Shown here piece by piece: positions 34,250 through 49,524 of a stretch of 64,000 nucleotides of DNA (position 1 is the stretch's first letter; the number at the start of each line of letters is the position of its first letter). This stretch comes from Macrostomum lignano. Lineage: Eukaryota. The stretch spans positions 186,001 through 250,000 of the forward strand of contig NIVC01000738.1 in NCBI GenBank assembly GCA_002269645.1. The letters run 5' to 3'. The notes under the pieces were generated by a model. The model was not told where the DNA came from and did not search any database. It saw nothing but the letters and a program-made list of their open reading frames with translations. A program made the translations under genes and the position numbers.

Positions 34250-36120
34250 ACATGATGCTTCTTTTATTCTACCATGATGCTTCTTAATTTTTTAAATGAC
34301 ACTTTCATTAGTTTTTAATGAGGCTTCTATGATTTTTTCATGACGCTTCTATGATTGTTTACATGACGCTTCTATGATTTTTTCATGACACTCCTATGAT
34401 TTTTTCATGACGCTTCTATGATTTTTAACATGACGCTTCTATGATTGTTTACATGACGCTTCTATGATTGTTTACATGACGCTTCTATGATTTTTTACAT
34501 TACGCTTCTATGATTGTTTACATGACGCTTCTATGATTTTTTAAAATGACGCTTCTATGAGTTTTATATGACGCTTCTATGCTTTTTACATGACGCTTCT
34601 ATGATTTTTTTACATGACGCTTCTATGATTTTTTACATGACGCTTCTATGATTTTTAACATGACGCTTCTATGATTGTTTACATGACGCTTCTATGCTTT
34701 TTACATGACGCTTCTATGATTTTTTACATGACGCTTCTATGATTGTTTACATGACGCTTCTATGATTGTTTACATGACGCTTCTATGATTGTTTACATGA
34801 CGCTTCTATGATTGTTTACATGACACTTCTATGCTTTTTACATGACGCTTCTATGATTTTTTCATGACGCTTCTATGATTGTTTACATGACGCTTCTATG
34901 ATTTTTTACATGACGCTTCTATGATTTTTAAATGACGCTTCTATGATTGTTTACATGACGCTTCTATGATTGTTTACATGACGCTTCTATGATTGTTTAC
35001 ATGACGCTTCTATGATTGTTTACATGACGCTTCTATGCTTTTTACATGACGCTTCTATGCTTTTTACATGACGCTTCTATGATTTTTTTAAATAACGCTT
35101 CTATGATTTTTATATGACGCTTCTATGATTGTTTACATGACGCTTCTATGATTTTTTACATGACGCTTCTATGATTTTTAAATGACGCTTCTATGATTTT
35201 TATATGACGCTTCTACGATTGTTTACATGACGCTTCTATGATTTTTAATGACGCTTCTACGATTGTTTACATGACGCTTCTATGATTTTTTAAATAACGC
35301 TTCTATGATTTTTATATGACGCTTCTATGATTTTTTACATGACGCTTCTATGATTTTTAACATGACGCTTCTATGATTGTTTACATGACGCTTCTATGAT
35401 TTTTAAATGACGCTTCTACGATTTTTACATGACGCTTCTATGACTTTTTTAAATGACGCTTCTATGATATTTTACATGACGCTTCTACGATTTTTTACAT
35501 GACGCTTCTATGATTTTTTACATGACGCTTCTATGATTGTTTACATGACGCTTCTATGATTTTTTTAAATGACGCTTCTATGAGTTTTATATGACGCTTC
35601 TATGCTTTTTACATGACGCTTCTATGCTTTTAACATGACGCTTCTATGATTGTTTACATGACGCTTCTATGATTGTTTACATGACGCTTCTATGATTGTT
35701 TACATGACGCTTCTATGATTTTTATATGACGCTTCTATGATTGTTTACATGACGCTTCTATGATTTTTTACATGACGCTTCTATGATTGTTTACATGACG
35801 CTTCTATGATATTTTTAAATGACGCTTCTATGAGTTTTATATGACGCTTCTATGCTTTTTACATGACGCTTCTATGCTTTTTACATGACGCTTCTATGAT
35901 TTTTTACATGACGCTTCAATGATTTTTTACATGACGCTTCTATGATTGTTTACATGACGCTTCTATGATTTTTTACATGACGCTTCTATGATTTTTTAAA
36001 TGACGCTTCTATGATTTTTACATGACGCTTCTATGATTTTTACATGACGCTGCTATGATTGTTTCATGACGCTTCTATGATTTTTTACATGACGCTTCAA
36101 TGATTTTTTACATGACGCCT
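34250..36120. repeat. Satellite, about 21-23-bp unit
   Basis: CATGACGCTTCTATGATT(G)TTT(T)A tandem over about 1.9 kb. Confidence 0.96.
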
Positions 36121-36171
36121 TTTGTCCTTCATTTGTCCTTGAATAAAAGCTTTTAATAAAAAACTTTTCAC

Positions 36172-36236
36172 TACTAAGATTCGAACCCAGGTCGCTGCAT
36201 TTGCAGTCCAGTCTGTTCACATCTAGGCTAGCTCTT
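36172..36236 (-). other. tRNA-derived (SINE head or pseudo-tRNA) fragment
   Basis: B-box GGTTCGAATC within a CTGGG/CTTAG T-arm; GACTGCAAAT anticodon-loop-like segment; no intact acceptor stem seen. Confidence 0.35.
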
Positions 36237-36289
36237 ATCGAATTTATAAATGAAATTGTAGCACTTATATAATTCAACACTCACTCACG

Positions 36290-36731
36290 AAGCAGTTATG
36301 ACATAATCAATTTCCCAGGCAAGTCAGTATCAGTCTCAATTAAAGTTGAGAATATGGTTACGCAATCTAAATCAAGTCTGGTGCTACGCTTCCACACTGC
36401 ATTTTCAATACTGTGACGCAATTCAAGTTGGAGTTACAATTCAGTTATGATGCAATCTATTTCAGAATCAGAATTCAACCAGTCAGTTTTTTCTCTAGCA
36501 TTATTACAATGCATTTCAAGTCGAAAAGTTTGCTTGACCTTTGCAAAAAAGCATGTTTTTCGAATATTTAATCGCTTTAACATGGAGCAATTTCTTAACC
36601 AAGATGCATGTACCGTCACGGGAAAATTTCTGATCGAACAGTGCAAGTTCGAAGAAAATCAGTCCAGCCATTTTTTCTCTAATCGATCACATAGATAGAT
36701 AGACACAGACAGACCATTTTAGTATATAGGA
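36290..36731 (-). mobile_element. Possible non-autonomous Helitron-like 5' end
   Basis: A|TCCTATATACTAAAATGGTCTGTCTGTG start followed by a microsatellite; 3' hairpin/CTAG not found, so the left boundary is arbitrary. Confidence 0.3.
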
Positions 36732-36769
36732 TGGACATACAAACCTTAGAGATTTAGTATATTTAGAAA

Positions 36770-37900
36770 GCGCGCGTGCAGACAAAACTCTTGAGTTGTC
36801 GAGCTGTTTTTGGTCTTGGCCAAGTCTGAATTGCTTCGATTTTCGCCGGGTCGGTCTTGATGCCGTCTTTAGTTACTAGTTGTCCCAGATAATTTAGACT
36901 TTCTCGAAATAAATGGCACTTCTTTCCTTAGAACTTTAAATTTGCTTCTTGAACTCGCTTGAAAACTTCTTCCATATGTCGTAGATGGTCGGTGAATTTC
37001 TTAGAGTAAACCACAGATACTAAACCACAGATAGTTTTTTTATCTATGGAGTAAACAATGACATCATCCAAATAGGCAATGACACTTTTGTAGGCGATCC
37101 CATTGTAGGCGAATTGTCCGCGGTGCAGCGTGGCGAAGGCAGTCAGGTCTTGATCTTCTGGACGCAGAGGAATTTGATAGTAGCCGCTATTTAAATCGAA
37201 TGTACTGAACAGCTGGCCTCCTCCTTATTCTGGCGAATGCTTCTTGGATGTTAGGAATCGGGTACCGAAAGTACTCACACTTCTGGTTCAGGCTTCGGAA
37301 ATCTTGTACGATTCTCAGGCTTCCGTCCTTCTTTGGGATGATCACCAGCGGGGTTTTATAGCTGGAGAAGCTCAGTCGAATCACGCATTTGGCAAGCAGA
37401 TCGTCAAGCAGCTGGTCCACCTTGGGCAGGAGATGTGGTGGAATCCTTTGGGTCGGCAGTGTACAGGATCCTTGTCCTTCAATACGATGTTGTGGGTGCG
37501 ACCAAGATCGTGTGGTCCTTGGGAAAAGCTGTTCTAATACTTCTTTAGCAGCTCGATGACTTGAGTGCGCTGGTCACTGGACAGGTCCTCGCCGATATCG
37601 ATCTCCTTGATCCAAGCGTCAGGATCTTCGTCTTGGACTTGATTGACTGAGGCTTCTGGCTTCGGAAGCGGAAAGAAATGTATAGCAGTCTGAGCGGTCT
37701 TGCAATCCTGACTAGGGCATTCGCTCGTACTTTAATGGATGTTGTTCCTCGGTTAATCATCTCGATAGCGCCTTCTCCATTCGCCATTGATATTAGGGCA
37801 GGCGCGGCGTCCAAGTGCTGCATTTTGTCTTCCTTGCGGAGCCGGTTTCAGTGGCTCGATCACGGCGGGTGTCCCTTGATTTTCTTCTCGTATTTTGGCT
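36770..37900 (-). mobile_element. Ty3/gypsy reverse transcriptase remnant (degenerate)
   Basis: TPLVIIPKKDGSLRIVQDFRSLNQK, YPIPNI, DLNSGYYQIPL, AYLDDVIVYS, KKCHLFRESLNYLGQLVTKDGIKTDPAKIEAIQTWPRPKT; stops, frameshifts and deletions. Confidence 0.92.
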
Positions 37901-38225
37901 AGCTTAATCTTATTCGGGCTGACGATAGCGGTGGCATGTTTGAGCTCTCAGCCGTGTAAATTCTGCACGTGGTAGCTTCAGTTCGCGTATGGCGAAGTGG
38001 TGCGGCTGAGAGCAGTGGTGCGGCTGGGCAGTCGCTGAAATGCTCGATGCTTTCCTCCTCGAGCCCGCAGCCTCTGCAGATGCCGTCCGTCTCTTTGCCA
38101 AGTCTTTTCCTGTAGCTCGCCAGTTCGAGCGAGTGGCCAGTTCTAGCTCTCCTGGAGCTGGTGGCGTCTCCTCTGCTTTCAAAGGTGGTCTTCTTACTAA
38201 GTCTTCCTCTAAGGTGGTTAAACAA
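37900..38225 (-). mobile_element. Non-LTR retrotransposon (LINE) 3' fragment with C-terminal CCHC finger
   Basis: RTGHSLELASYRKRLG..DGICRGCGLEEESIEHF.DCPA. Confidence 0.7.
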
Positions 38226-39758
38226 ACATAAAGCACAACGAAAATGTCTTTAGGCACAATAAAGACATTTTTGTTCGAAATGAAGTATTTTTTTATTAAC
38301 GATTTAAATTTTTTTTGATGTTTAATGCCAAATCGGTTCTTCGGCTATCTACAGCTTGCTCCATAAGGCTCGTAGATCCCTTGCACGCGGGCAACATGGC
38401 TTATCGTTTCTGATGTCCAAGAGAGCTTACTTCTCGTGAAAACGGTCCTATGCAACAATAAACAAGCACTGGCAGCTCTTGTTGGTTCGCTACTGCTGAC
38501 TGTCTCGTAGACTGACTGATGCTAGCCGTCGTGTCTGCATTTAAGCGTTGTACACAGAATCATTGGTAGCGCGCTTCCAATCGCCCCGCCCCCTCCCCAA
38601 AAAATTGCGCTTTCACAAAAAACTGAATTAAACGCCAACCAAATTCGATGAATTCCAGAAATTTTTGCCACCCTGATTTAGAATACTGCATCGGAAACAA
38701 AGGTAGCGGGGCGCGAACTATAGAGAGACATGGCGCCCGCCTAGGAGATGCGGAAAACACCAAATATTGGCGCTGGAATTACAATTCCTGCGTAACGAAG
38801 AACGCCAAAGCAAGCGAAAGTTCCGACAATATTTCTGCTTTTTCAGTCACTTTATCGATTCTTTAATTTTTAGATGAATTTTTCTTTGCACAAAACGCAA
38901 AGCAACTGATTTTTTAGCATTCCATCTCTTCATTTTTATATTTCCATGTTTTGTTGACGAACTTGTGATGTTTTAGTTAAAAAACACATACTTCCATACT
39001 TTTACTTGTACTTGCATGTCCATATACATGTAGTTGTCGGCTGGAGTTGCCAATAGAATAAACAGACGCTTCCTGATGCTGGACTATCGTCCTGGCAGGA
39101 CTGATAAAAATTAAGTGCCCCGCTAGAGACTCCCTATCGCTTGATCTGAGCGCAGCTACGGCAATATACGCCCCATCGACTTGTTGTTCAAATTGAATCG
39201 ACTTCTCGAAGCTGTAGACAGGAAGGAACAAACGATCGGACCCCGGACTGCATGACTCTCCGTACAGATCGAACTATATGTCAGCCAATGTACTGTATCG
39301 ACATTCCGCGACCACACCAAAATTCGTCTTTGTTCCTCGAAATTTCGTTCCTCGAAATTCCGAAATTCAGTTTGTAAGTGTGCTCAGGAGGAGCCAGCGG
39401 AATGGACAGAATTGAATCGCTGGGTGTGGGTCGATGTCAATCGTTGCGCTGGGTGTGAAAAGGCCTCCCGTGATCATTTATTTTTATTTCATTCCCCACA
39501 ATGCACATATAAACTTTTGTAATCGATTCAAAAAACGACGTACATGTAAGTTCTACTGTTAGAAACGTTTGTACGAGCGTACGACCCAGTTTGCACCCCA
39601 GCTGCAGGACACTGTGGTAGCTCGGTGCTTGAAAAATGCAATGTGGATGCACAAGTTTATCGATCACAAGCTCGAAACTTCACTAGAAATATGAAAAAGA
39701 CTAAACCATTAAGTTGTGAAATATTGTTAGCCAGAGAACGGTTGCTGCCCATTTGGCC

Positions 39759-40507
39759 CAGGGGCGTCGCCATGGATTTTATGCTGGGGGGGGGACAAAA
39801 CCAAGAATTCAACATGTACATGTACATGACTAAACACCTACATTTCCATTATTTTGAGAATCGTGCTGTCAGCGCTCCTTTTTGGCGCCGCAGGTGCTCA
39901 TTTTAGCGTAGCAGACACTCATTTTGGCGCCGAAGGTATTCATTTTGTCGCCGTAGGCACTCATTTTGGCGCCGCAGGTACTCATTTTGTCGCGGTAGGC
40001 ACTCATGGCGCCGAAGGCATTCATTTTGGCGCCGAAGGCATTCATTTTGTCGCCGTAGGCACTCATTTTGGCGCCGCAGGTACTCATTTTGTCGCCGTAG
40101 GCACTCATGGCGCCGAAGGCATTCATTTTGGCGCCGAAGGCATTCATTTTGTCGCCGTAGGCACTCATTTTGGCGCCGCAGGTACTCATTTTGTCGCCGT
40201 AGGCACTCATGGCGCCGAAGGCATTCATTTTGGCGCCGAAGGCATTTATTTTGGCGCCGAAGGCATTCATTTTGGCGCCGAAGGCATTCATTTTGGCGCC
40301 GAAGGCATTCATTTTGGCGCCGAAGGCACTCATTTTGGCACCGAAGGCACTATATTTTGGCGCCCTGAAGAAAAATTTTTTTTTATTGATTACCATAACG
40401 GGTCACAAGGTGGGGTGGCGGGACAAAGCATTGGCATGTCCTCCCCATAGCTTTTACTGGGGGGGACATGTCCCCCCTGTCCCCCCCCCCCGGTGGCGAC
40501 GCGCCTG
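39759..40507. mobile_element. MITE (hAT-like ends) with internal 15-21-bp tandem repeats
   Basis: TIRs CAGGGGCGTCGCCA / TGGCGACGCGCCTG; flanks TTTGGCC and CTTGGCC; internal CATTTTGGCGCCGAAGG array at 39880-40365. Confidence 0.75.
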
Positions 40508-41219
40508 CTTGGCCAATTGCCGAACCGCCTAGGCAATATTCAACCCGAGGAAATAAGTGCGCAATATAAAAAAGATAATTAAAGAACAAGTTTCACTGGC
40601 CCAGGACCGGCTGGACAATACCTTGCAGTATATGCACTAAATTCAAACAATATAAAAGCTTGGTTTTCACATTGTACTTTCAACCACACGAGCGCGTGTG
40701 GCTTCAAATCAAATGCATATATAAGTAACTGCAACACAGAAAACCGGACTTGAGCGCCCTCGATGTTGAGTTACACGCTAGTGAAATTGAATTCCTGATG
40801 TAGCGCGCGCTGCTTCACACGCAACTTCATGACGAAAATTGTAAAAACAGATCAGGAGATGATACAAAAGCATTGGGTCGGATATGGTCCAGAAAATAAA
40901 TTATAAACTTATTAATCCATATTCTCGTATCCACTCAATTTTTTGTTTGCTGACAAGCGGCGGACACTTCAGAGAGATTCACAGAGATTCAGAACAGTGC
41001 GGGGCAGGGCAGGAAGACGGCAGTAGGAATCGGGAAGATCGGGTGTCGCTTGTGCTGTAACATCTGGGCTGCTGCAATGCGACGTCTGCAATTTCAGTAG
41101 CCATCGGTGCTGCTGCACTTTTCACCGGATGGATAACAGAAAAACCGTGCCTGCGTCTTCGGAACAAGTACAGACGAGTATGCAGAGACACTAAAAGACA
41201 GTCAGACAGACACGTACTA

Positions 41220-41961
<742 letters not shown>

Positions 41962-43256
41962 ATCTGAGAACCGCTAGTTGCAGAACCCTATTGAAGGACT
42001 TGCGACAGCGGCTCCAATGAGTACCCACCTAAACGTGTACTTTTAAGCCACTCCAGAGTATTATCTTCAACACAATCTACAGGAAGCGCGATCTGCAGCC
42101 CATCTCTGCCGGATCAGCCATCTGCCTAACGGCCAGCACCGCAACCGTCTCTCATTGGCTCTCGCTGTGAGCCCAGCGCTTCCGGCGGTTGATTTTAACC
42201 GCTTCGTAAAAAGCGAAGCGCAGCCACAAGTGCAGGCAACGCGGCCCTCTCCGTGGCATTCCAGGCGGCTTCTCTTCCAAGTAAGGCTCAGCAGGCCCAA
42301 TCAGCTCACCTGATCACCTGTTTGACGCAGCTGAAGCGACGCATAGAAAAGCTGCTGCAAACGAGCGTCAGGTGAGTGACGCCTCCGTGCAGTTTCCGTA
42401 AAGCTTCATCTCTCGCGGGTTTTGTTAATTGCCCCGGCAGCAGTTCGTGTCCAGATAGTCGGCCGGTTGCTGCCTGGCTGCCTGGCGCTGGCACGCTGGA
42501 AGTGGGGAACTTGTCTCGCCAAGCGCCCAGTCAGGGCTGTGCAGCTCGTGGGCTGCATGGCGGCCTGCCTGGTGGGATGTTTGGCTATTTTTGACTAACG
42601 ACCCACCGGGAAATGCATGCGGATGGAGTGGGTCGGGGTTGCCGGGGGCTGCCGGCTTCTTCGCACTTTAGAATTAGGCATTGAAGTAGATTCAGTTTTT
42701 CTCTTTTGCAGTTGTTCTGCATTTTGGCTCGCAGAAAATGCTTTAGACTGCTCGAATGTTCTGTAGTTGGCATGCGCCCGGGCTACAGTTCGATGTGTTT
42801 CAATTTGCCGCCCCTGCATGTCCAACCTGACCGCTTCATCCCGAAATTCGCGCTATTTTTAGCCAAAGTACTCGAAGTATTTGCGAATCAGTTTGAGTGT
42901 GCAAAGTCAGACAATTTTTTTGAAGCAAGATGATTCAAGACACCGCGCACGCGCTGCTGTACTGCAAGTAGTAATGACTGAATGTCTTCTACCCATGCTG
43001 TAGATTCACTGAGCTGCATTTCTGTCCCTCTCAGGCGCCGATCTTCAGCACAGAAGCAGGCATGCTGCATCGACTGTTTCACGGCCGAGACAACAGGGAC
43101 TACAGGCATCACAGAAAGGAGGATGTGGAGCCTGACTTCGCTGAGCACTCCATCGGGTTCTGTGAGTTGCCGTGAAAACAGAAACTTTTTGATGCTTAAA
43201 ATTTCTTTTGTTGCAGAGGGCTGAACTTTAAGGACTATGAAAAATGTCAAAAATCT

Positions 43257-44763
<1,507 letters not shown>

Positions 44764-45155
44764 GAGCAGCAGCTGCGGGAGGCAGCAGCCACGGCTGCAG
44801 TCTGCCAGCCGAGTCCCCATTGGCCCCGATGACAGTTCTTTCCACCCCATCGGCCTGGAGGCTGGCGGGGGTCTGCGGGGCAGCCAGCAGCAGTTCGCCA
44901 TCATCGAACCGGCGCTGCTGCGACCGCAGCGGCAGCGAGAAGGGCCGGTCGGTCCCAATCTGCAAATGGGGATTCGTGCACGAGGATCGTATTGTGCCGC
45001 GGCAGGGGAAGCGGTGCTGCACTTTCCTGCCCAGACTGGGTGGGGATGGGAAACGGTAGAAAATAGAAACCATGGGCCCCAGGCACGGCGCAAAAATTTT
45101 CCTGTCCTTGCTGATACACAGTTAACGAAATACACGCGGTATTCAATTCAAGACA

Positions 45156-45192
45156 ATGAAAGAGAAGGAGCTGGACATGATGAAGACCTGGT
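45156..45192 (+). CDS. Candidate first coding exon of the PKA catalytic subunit (MKEKELDMMKTW)
   Basis: First ATG after an in-frame TAA (45123); GTAAGT donor at 45193 in phase 1, matching the phase-1 acceptor at 56708; implies an 11.5-kb intron. Confidence 0.4.
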
Positions 45193-45310
45193 GTAAGTTG
45201 CTTTTTTGGTTGCTGTTTTGTTCAAATGGCTCCTTTTGAATAATTTTTGTCAGCAGAAAGGCTTCTAAATAAAAACTGGATATAATATATCATTTGAGCT
45301 TTCTATGAGT

Positions 45311-45707
45311 GTAGGAAGGAAGCTGGGTCTGTCAGTGAGGGAGGCAAGTTGTGTCTGTCAGTGAGGTGAGGGAGGGAAGCTGGGTCTGTCAGTGAGGGAG
45401 GCAAGTTGTGTCTGTCAGTGAGGTGAGGGAGGGAAGCTGGGTCTGTCAGTGAGGGAGGGAAGCTGGGTCTGTCAGTGAGGGAGGGGGAAGCTGGGTCTGT
45501 CAGTGAGGGAGGGAAGCTGGGTCTGTCAGTGAGGGAGGGGGAAGCTGGGTCTGTCAGTGAGGGAGGGGGAAGCTGGGTCTGTCAGTGAGGGAGGGGGAAG
45601 CTGGGTCTGTCAGTGAGGGAGGGGGAAGCTGGGTCTGTCAGTGAGGGAGGGAAGCTGGGTCTGTCAGTGAGGGAGGGAAGCTGGGTCTCGGTGAGGGAGG
45701 GAAGCTG
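45311..45707. repeat. Minisatellite, about 25-27-bp unit
   Basis: GGGAAGCTGGGTCTGTCAGTGAGGGAG tandem. Confidence 0.92.
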
Positions 45708-46329
45708 GTCAAACTAGTCCTAACAAAGCTAAGCGCGCTATTACCCGAGCTGAAAAATGTGAGGACCTGGCAGAAGCACTAACTTGCGAGCGCAGTGGCG
45801 GGGAAAAGTCCAAATGGCGGCGATTCCATCTGGATTCGCGAATCCAAATTGCAGCGGCTTTCGGCATTCGGCAGCCTGAAATGATGGACAGGTCGCTGGT
45901 GATATGGTCGGGGTTCGGCTGGGCAGCAACTGTTGCTGGGTGCCCCCTGCCCCGCCCGGTCGCTGGGACGGAAGCCGCTATCTGCTAAATGCCTCCTTGG
46001 TCTTATGCGTCTTGGCTAATGCGGGGAGATTTCGTAATTTGTGAAGACGAAAGACGGGGAAGCAGGGGGTCCATGACTGACTGACTGGGGCGTCTAGGCT
46101 CGTTTAGCAGAGCTCGGAGTACTTTTATGAGGTAAACAACGGCTAAGGTGTCTGCTTTCGCCGTGGCAACTGCACCGCTATGGGGCTGTCAACTCGCTGA
46201 TCTGGCAACTAGGTGAAAACACATCGATGCAGCATTGAAAGTGTAAATGTGAAATTCATTGAGGCATACCGTTTAGAATATTTGTGCACCTTTGCATGGT
46301 TACCCAACAACAACAACAACACAACGAAA

Positions 46330-49300
46330 TATGTTGTCAGTCAGTCAGCAGACAACGTCACAGGGCTCGTTTCAAGGCCTGATGCGAACGTAGGCCGCAC
46401 CGTCGGCAGTGTCCGGGGCGTCGTCATCACCCAGCAGGCAGTCGACGAAACGCCGAGTGCGCGCCTGTCCCCGCCAGTAGGGTGCCTGCAGCGTCAGCAG
46501 CAGCAGCACCTCCTGCATCGGCTGCGGGCAGTACAACTCGGCTAGGATGAAATGGCTTGCCAGCTGAAGTCGCCGACGGCGCAACAGCTCACTGGGACGG
46601 GACAGGTCGGTGCGGCGATAGAGTGCCGCATTGGTGACTCGCTCGTAGCCGATCTTGAAGGCGGCGCGCAGCAGGCCAGCGTGCTCCAGACCGATCAGCT
46701 GTTCGAGCGAATCCTTCAGCGTCCAGGTCTCGGCGTTTTACTACAGGACGGTCTCGATCACCACCTGAAACAACGCCGCCCTCTGGCGGTCGGGCAGGGC
46801 CTCGGACTGCAGGACAACCCTCACGGAGCGGAAGGCAGCCCAGGCAAGTCCACGGCGACGTCGTAGGTCCTCGCGAACGTCAGGCACCAGACCGCCGAGG
46901 TAGACGAACTGCTGACAGCACGGAAGCTTCGTCACCTGTCCGTCGGCGCCTCGGCAGAAAATTGCGCCCTCGATGTCGTCCGGCACGCAGTGCACGACGG
47001 ACTTCTGCGTGTTGACCACCAGGCCGAAACTCGCCGCAACGCTCACCAACTGGTCTAGCTGGAGTTGGGCGCCCTCGACGGTCAAAGACAGCAGGGTGAA
47101 GATCATCGGCGTAGCCAAGCACGCTGAGCCGCCTTTCCGGTTGGCGTCGACCCACGCGTCGCTGCAACAGGAAGCCGTCGTCGTCAAGCACCCAGTCAAG
47201 CATCAGAACGAACAGGAACGGCGCAAGCGTATCTTCCTGAAGCACCCCAGAGGATGCCTCAAAGAAATCCGGCAGACCGTCCGGTGGCAGCACAGCAGCG
47301 TTCGTGACATGATACAGCGCCATGACGGCGGAAATCAGCTGCTCTCGAGTCGAAAGCCTTCCTGAAGTCAATAAAGAGAGCAATCAGGCTTGACTGGCAG
47401 GTCCGCGCTTCCTCGATGACTCGGCGAAGAGCCAGGATCTGCGCCACTGTGCCGCGATGGGGCGGGAAGCCGTTCTGCTCAGGACGCAGGTACGGATCCA
47501 GCACGGGCTGCAACCGCGATAGCAGTATCCGGTTAAACAGCTTCGCAGCTCAGGACTGCAGGCAGATACCTCGGTGCTCCTCAAGCAGGGTTGTGCCCGG
47601 CTTCTTCGGAATAGCGACGATGTGCGCCGTGGTCCATTCGTTGGGTGCCGCCTCACTAAAAAGCACGCGGTTCAGCACACCGCATGCTTTCATCACATCG
47701 CTGGCCACACAGTGTAGTCGCAGCGCCTCGATGGGCCCCTCGTCCGGACCCAGCGCTTTGCCGCCCGGAGTCCTCAGGGCGAGCATCAAAACATCGGCTG
47801 TGCTGACTGGGGATACGTTCAAACTCTCCTCTGCCGGCAATGGCGTCCCCGGCGGCAGCCTCAAATCATTTGGCAGCGGGGGCGGCGGCGCGTTGATGGC
47901 GGCGAAGAACTCGCGCAGCTCATTTCTGCGCTCATCCGGAGTATCGCCAGCCAGGTTGAGTGGGATGCGCTGCTTCCGCCCGCCCGGTCAGAGCGTTGAT
48001 AACGGCCCAGGCCACGCGTCCTTGGTGTCGAGTCCAGTGGCGGTGACGGCCTGGATGGCGTTGTCAACAGCGGCCTATTGCTGCTGCAGGCAGGTAGACA
48101 GCCGCCAGAGCCTCCTCCGCATCACGAGTTGGCAGCCTGCTCAGACGGAGCCTCGCCAACTCTGGCCCTCGCTTGCCGAATCGAAGGCTGCCTAGGTTGG
48201 GCCGGTTGAATCAGCGGGACTGCTTGCTCCGCCGCGGCTCTAACCGCGGCACTTACCTCCGTGTACTCGGCGCGCCTGCACCAAGCGCGCTGACGAGGGC
48301 GCTAGCGAAATGCGAAATGGCGACGCGCCTGGGTGTTCTTGAGCACACGGTAATTGCGCCGCAGTGGCCGCTTCTGCGGACGGTAAAGCGGATCGCGTAC
48401 ACGCCGCAGGTTGCAGACGAGGAGCCGGTGGTCGGACCGCAGAGCCAGCGGCGTGATGGTGCGGCAGTTGACGGCGCGGCGGCGCTCACGAAGACGCACG
48501 AGCACGTGGTCGAGCTGTGCCTGCCTCCGCGGCAGATGTCACAAACAGCGACCGTTTGGACCTATACGAAACCATGTCCAGGTCTTTGAAGATGACCACC
48601 GTGTCACGCTGCGCGCGGTTGCATCCACCTGCGCCGAGAGCTGCTCGAAGAAGACTTGAGCCTCGTCAGGTCGGGTGGAAGGAGGCGCGTACGCGCAAAA
48701 CAGGCGAGCGTTCCGGCTGCGAAGCCGGAAGTCGACCCGAAGCAGCCGGTCAAACAGGGAGATGCAGCAACAGCTCTGCTGCAGCCTCGGTCTGATCAGT
48801 TCTCCAACTCCTCCACAGCTTCGTTGGTCCGCCGACGTGTACCAGGGGGTCCAACCGGCGCCTAGGTCCTCACATGGATACCCAATTCTGACCAGTAATT
48901 TATCTTGGGAGCACTATACCAGTTGTCTACGATTGGGTCAGTCACAATGGGGTCGTTTCGTAAACCCGAATTTTCACAATTTCGAAATACACTGGAGAGA
49001 TAGGAGACTTGACAAACCGAAATTTCAAAGTCAGGTTTATGAAAGCGCCCGCCACAATGCACTTCTGTCTGACACGTGGCTCTGGGCTGATTGCATACCT
49101 CTAGCCATGGGTATTACAAGCAGTTCAGCAGGTGCGAGAATAAAAGTTGTAAATTTTTCCTCTGATTTCACCTGCATAAGTGCGGCTCGAGGGCTTGCGG
49201 CGCTGCCGATGCAGACAGCCAAACTGAGCATTGTGCACTTTGATCCCTTGATCCCTGGCAAGCCAGATACAGCACCGGTGCAACCCCGGTAGCCACTGAA

Positions 49301-49400
49301 CAGCGGTGGCATTCCAAGCGGGAAACGGTGGAACCATTTGTCAATTGGGGCCGCGGGTTGGCGGGGCAGCGGGAAGCCTCCGAGCTGTGCAAGAAATTCC
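46330..49400 (-). mobile_element. RTE-like LINE (APE endonuclease + RT), frameshifted
   Basis: AQLDHVLV...SDHRLLVCNL (APE C-terminus); GKALGPD, EWTTAHIVAIPKK..RGICL, EQNGF..RGTVAQILALRR..FIDFRKAFDS, GVLQ.DTLAPFLF, GYADD, FVYLG; short CTGA/TTG-type repeats at the 3' end. The 5' boundary is approximate. Confidence 0.9.
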
Positions 49401-49524
49401 AAGAAACTGCTTCTTCTTCAGCTGACACACGGACACGAGTAATTGTAATTTACTGCCTGCGTACTGCTGCCTTGAAGCTTAATGTCATTCTTTTATAACT
49501 ATATCATACTTTATTACACTCCTT

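Noticed and set aside
36172-36236. Functional tRNA-Cys gene (also 58725-58800 as tRNA-Glu)
   Set aside because: Acceptor or anticodon stems do not pair; kept only as tRNA-derived fragments.
38977-39231. Short ORFs in 38.3-39.7 kb and 42.0-43.2 kb
   Set aside because: No recognisable motifs and no convincing splice chain.
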